A stretch of 63,744 bases of DNA, counting the filler, from Octopus bimaculoides (Eukaryota), in assembly GCF_001194135.2 (NCBI RefSeq). It is 5 parts of 4 records of this genome, joined end to end, with 100 filler letters (N's around TTAATTAATTAA, not from the genome) between each part and the next. Parts side by side here need not be neighbours in the genome. Positions count along the whole stretch, not along the records: positions 56,284 to 63,744 come from NC_068985.1; 4 more parts are not named here. One strand, written 5' to 3'. This document shows, one piece after another, positions 61,618-63,744 of the stretch (within the stretch, counting starts at the first letter, position 1; each line of letters begins with the position of its first letter). A program made the position numbers and the translations under genes. The notes under the pieces are model-generated. The model did not search any database. It had not been told where the DNA came from and saw only the letters and a list, made by a program, of their open reading frames with translations.

Positions 61618-61849
61618 TAATTATCATGTATGAGAGATTTGGATGGTGAAGCGAATACATATGCGGAACAACAAAGCGGTGTTCCGAAGTTCATCTTCTA
61701 CCGAGACACCTGCTTCTAGAACAATCCCGTTCAATAAGTTGTATGTAGGTATTTCTTGTGAGAAATAAAGCACACCACTGAGAGCCGTGACGGCATTAAG
61801 AAACCGGCGATAATGTCGTCAGCATGCGGTACTGAGTTCATTCCATCTG

Positions 61850-61958
61850 TGTAGTGGCACTCGATCGGTTACGACGATGAATGATCCAGTTGATTCGACC
61901 AATGGAACAGCCGGGTCGTGAAATCAACGTGCAAGTGGCTGAGTACTCCGCAGATATC
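61850..61958 (-). mobile_element. 3' fragment of SINE family D
   Basis: cactcgatcggttacgacg...gtgaaatcaacgtgcaagtggctgagtactcc is the reverse complement of the D tail. Confidence 0.75.
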
Positions 61959-61959
61959 T

Positions 61960-62352
61960 TTTCTTTTATCTTTTATCTTTTACTTGTATCAGTCATCAAA
62001 TTGTGGCCATGTTGGGGCACCACCTTGAAGAATTTTTATTCAAATGAATCGACCCCAGTACTTATCGTTTCTTTTTTTTTTTAAAGCCCGGTACTTATTC
62101 TATCGGTTTCTTTTGCCAATCCGTTAAGTCATGGAGACGTAAACACATCAACACCAGTTGGTAAGCAGCGGAGCGGGGCAAACACGGACACAAACGCACG
62201 CGCACACACACACACAAAACATATACACTCATATACTCATAAGGCCTGGGTCGGTTCGAAACTATAGTGGGAGACACTTGCCCAAGGTTCCACGCAATAG
62301 GACTGAACCTGAAACCATGTTATTGGGAAGCAAAGTTCTTACCACAGAGCCA
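61960..62352 (-). mobile_element. Composite SINE (B head, CA microsatellite, C tail)
   Basis: ttttatcttttacttgtatcagtc...ggggcaaacacggacac, (CA)n, then acttgcccaaggttccacgc...cttaccacagagcc. Confidence 0.85.
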
Positions 62353-62429
62353 CACCTTTGTCTATGTGTACCTTTAATGCAGTTCTCAGCGAGATTTAGT
62401 GTGAGCAGAAAAGAATATACATCGCGTGC

Positions 62430-62965
62430 AAGGCGGTGAACTGGCAGAACCATTAGCACGCCGGGCGAAATGCTTCGCGGTATTTCGTCTGCCGTTACGT
62501 TCTGAGTTCAAATTCCGCCGAGGTCGATTTTGCCTTTCATCCTTTCGGGGTCGATTAAATAAGTACCAGTTACGCACTGGGGTTGATATAATCGACTTAA
62601 TCCGTTTGTTTGTCTTTGTTTGTCCCCTCTGTGTATAGCTCCTTGTGGGTAGTAAAGATATAGGTATTTCGTCTGCCGTTACGTTCTGAGTTCATATTCC
62701 GCCGAGGTTGACTTTGCTTTTCATCCTCTCGTAGACGATAAATTAAGTACCAGTTACGCACTGGGGTTGATGTAATCGGCTTAACTCCCTTTGTCTGTCC
62801 TTGTTTGTCCCCTCTATCTTTAGTCCCTTGTGAGCAATAAAGAAATAAGAGTCGTTAGCAAGCCGTGTGAAATGCTTCGCGGTATTTCGTGTGTCTTTAC
62901 ATACTGGGGTCGGTCTAATCGACTGATTCCCTCCCCGCAAATTTTCTGGTGTGCCTAGAGTAGAG
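62430..62965 (+). mobile_element. SINE family A multimer (about 3 units) inside one target-site duplication
   Basis: gtatttcgt restarts at 62480, 62664 and 62882; flanks aagaatatacatcgcgtgc (62411-62429) and aagaatatacatctcgtgc (62966-62984). Confidence 0.85.
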
Positions 62966-63129
62966 AAGAATATACATCTCGTGCTCAAAATAGTTATCAA
63001 AAATTTTGGCTTTGGAAGCATGAGGGAATATTTATACTGCAGTTAGGAGTTACCTTCCTGGAAACAATTTCAAATGATAATGTTTGCACCAGATATACAT
63101 CCTCCAATTTTATTTAGTCTCACTATAAA

Positions 63130-63292
63130 TATTGGTTTCAAATTTTGGTACAAGGCCAGCAATTTCGAGGGAGGGGATAAATCGATTACTTATTCTATCA
63201 TCCCCAAAAGGATAAAAGGAAAAGCCAACCTCGGCAGAATTTGAACTTACAACGTAAGCATTTGGCCGGTGCGCCAACGATTCTGCCACCTC
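63130..63292 (-). mobile_element. SINE family A (aatttgaaacc tail variant), internally deleted
   Basis: ttggtttcaaattttggtacaaggccagcaatttc...aacctcggcagaatttgaact...gattctgccacc. Confidence 0.8.
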
Positions 63293-63691
63293 GACGTTTT
63301 ATTGTCATCCGCGATAATACGCTGCGATTATGAAATTCATTTGCCAAGCATTTGCCGATGGCTTTAAGATATTTATGGTCGTAAATTACAATAATAGCAC
63401 CGAGATGTTTTGTTCGATATGGTACTGCATTTTGTGGGTAGTATGGTTCTAAGTTGTGAATCTCCAGAGGCTAAAATCACAGATTAACTACGTTTATGAT
63501 GGAGAGAATGGCGAGTGAATATCGGACCAATTCAGATGGAACAAATACCACAAGGCATTTTTGTTCGAAAACATCAGCTTATCTGTTCTCCCGCCGATGA
63601 TGAAGTCATTGAAGCACTCACTTAGATTAACATGCGCATCGATGCACTCTCCCCCCATCTCTCTCTCTCACACACACATTATGTGTATGAA

Positions 63692-63744
<53 letters not shown>

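Overview
AT-rich, microsatellite-dense eukaryotic sequence from a fragmented short-read assembly with many N gaps, four of them carrying an artificial TTAATTAATTAA linker. The repeat families resemble those I recall from octopus (Octopus bimaculoides-like); this is inference, not a search result. No intact protein-coding gene, rRNA or CRISPR array is supportable, and most ORFs in the track come from microsatellites or N runs. The window is dominated by mobile DNA: several tRNA-derived SINE families, degenerate mariner/Tc1-family transposons (including a DD41D rosa-type fragment and an Hsmar1-like MITE), R4/Dong-type RLE LINE fragments, RTE LINE fragments, a non-autonomous Helitron and two decayed Penelope-like elements (RT + GIY-YIG). 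The strongest signal is four core-intact minimal type I hammerhead ribozyme motifs in two short dispersed repeat families (21174-21219 +, 60564-60609 +, 35563-35607 -, 49445-49489 +), plus a degenerate third family. All have self-complementary helix III, implying dimer-dependent cleavage. One copy is split by AAT-targeting retroposons. Other leads are a possible two-exon Ig-like coding fragment at 32.3-32.6 kb, a near-perfect 135-bp hairpin at 38.3 kb and an isolated tRNA-Thr-like sequence at 28.8 kb.
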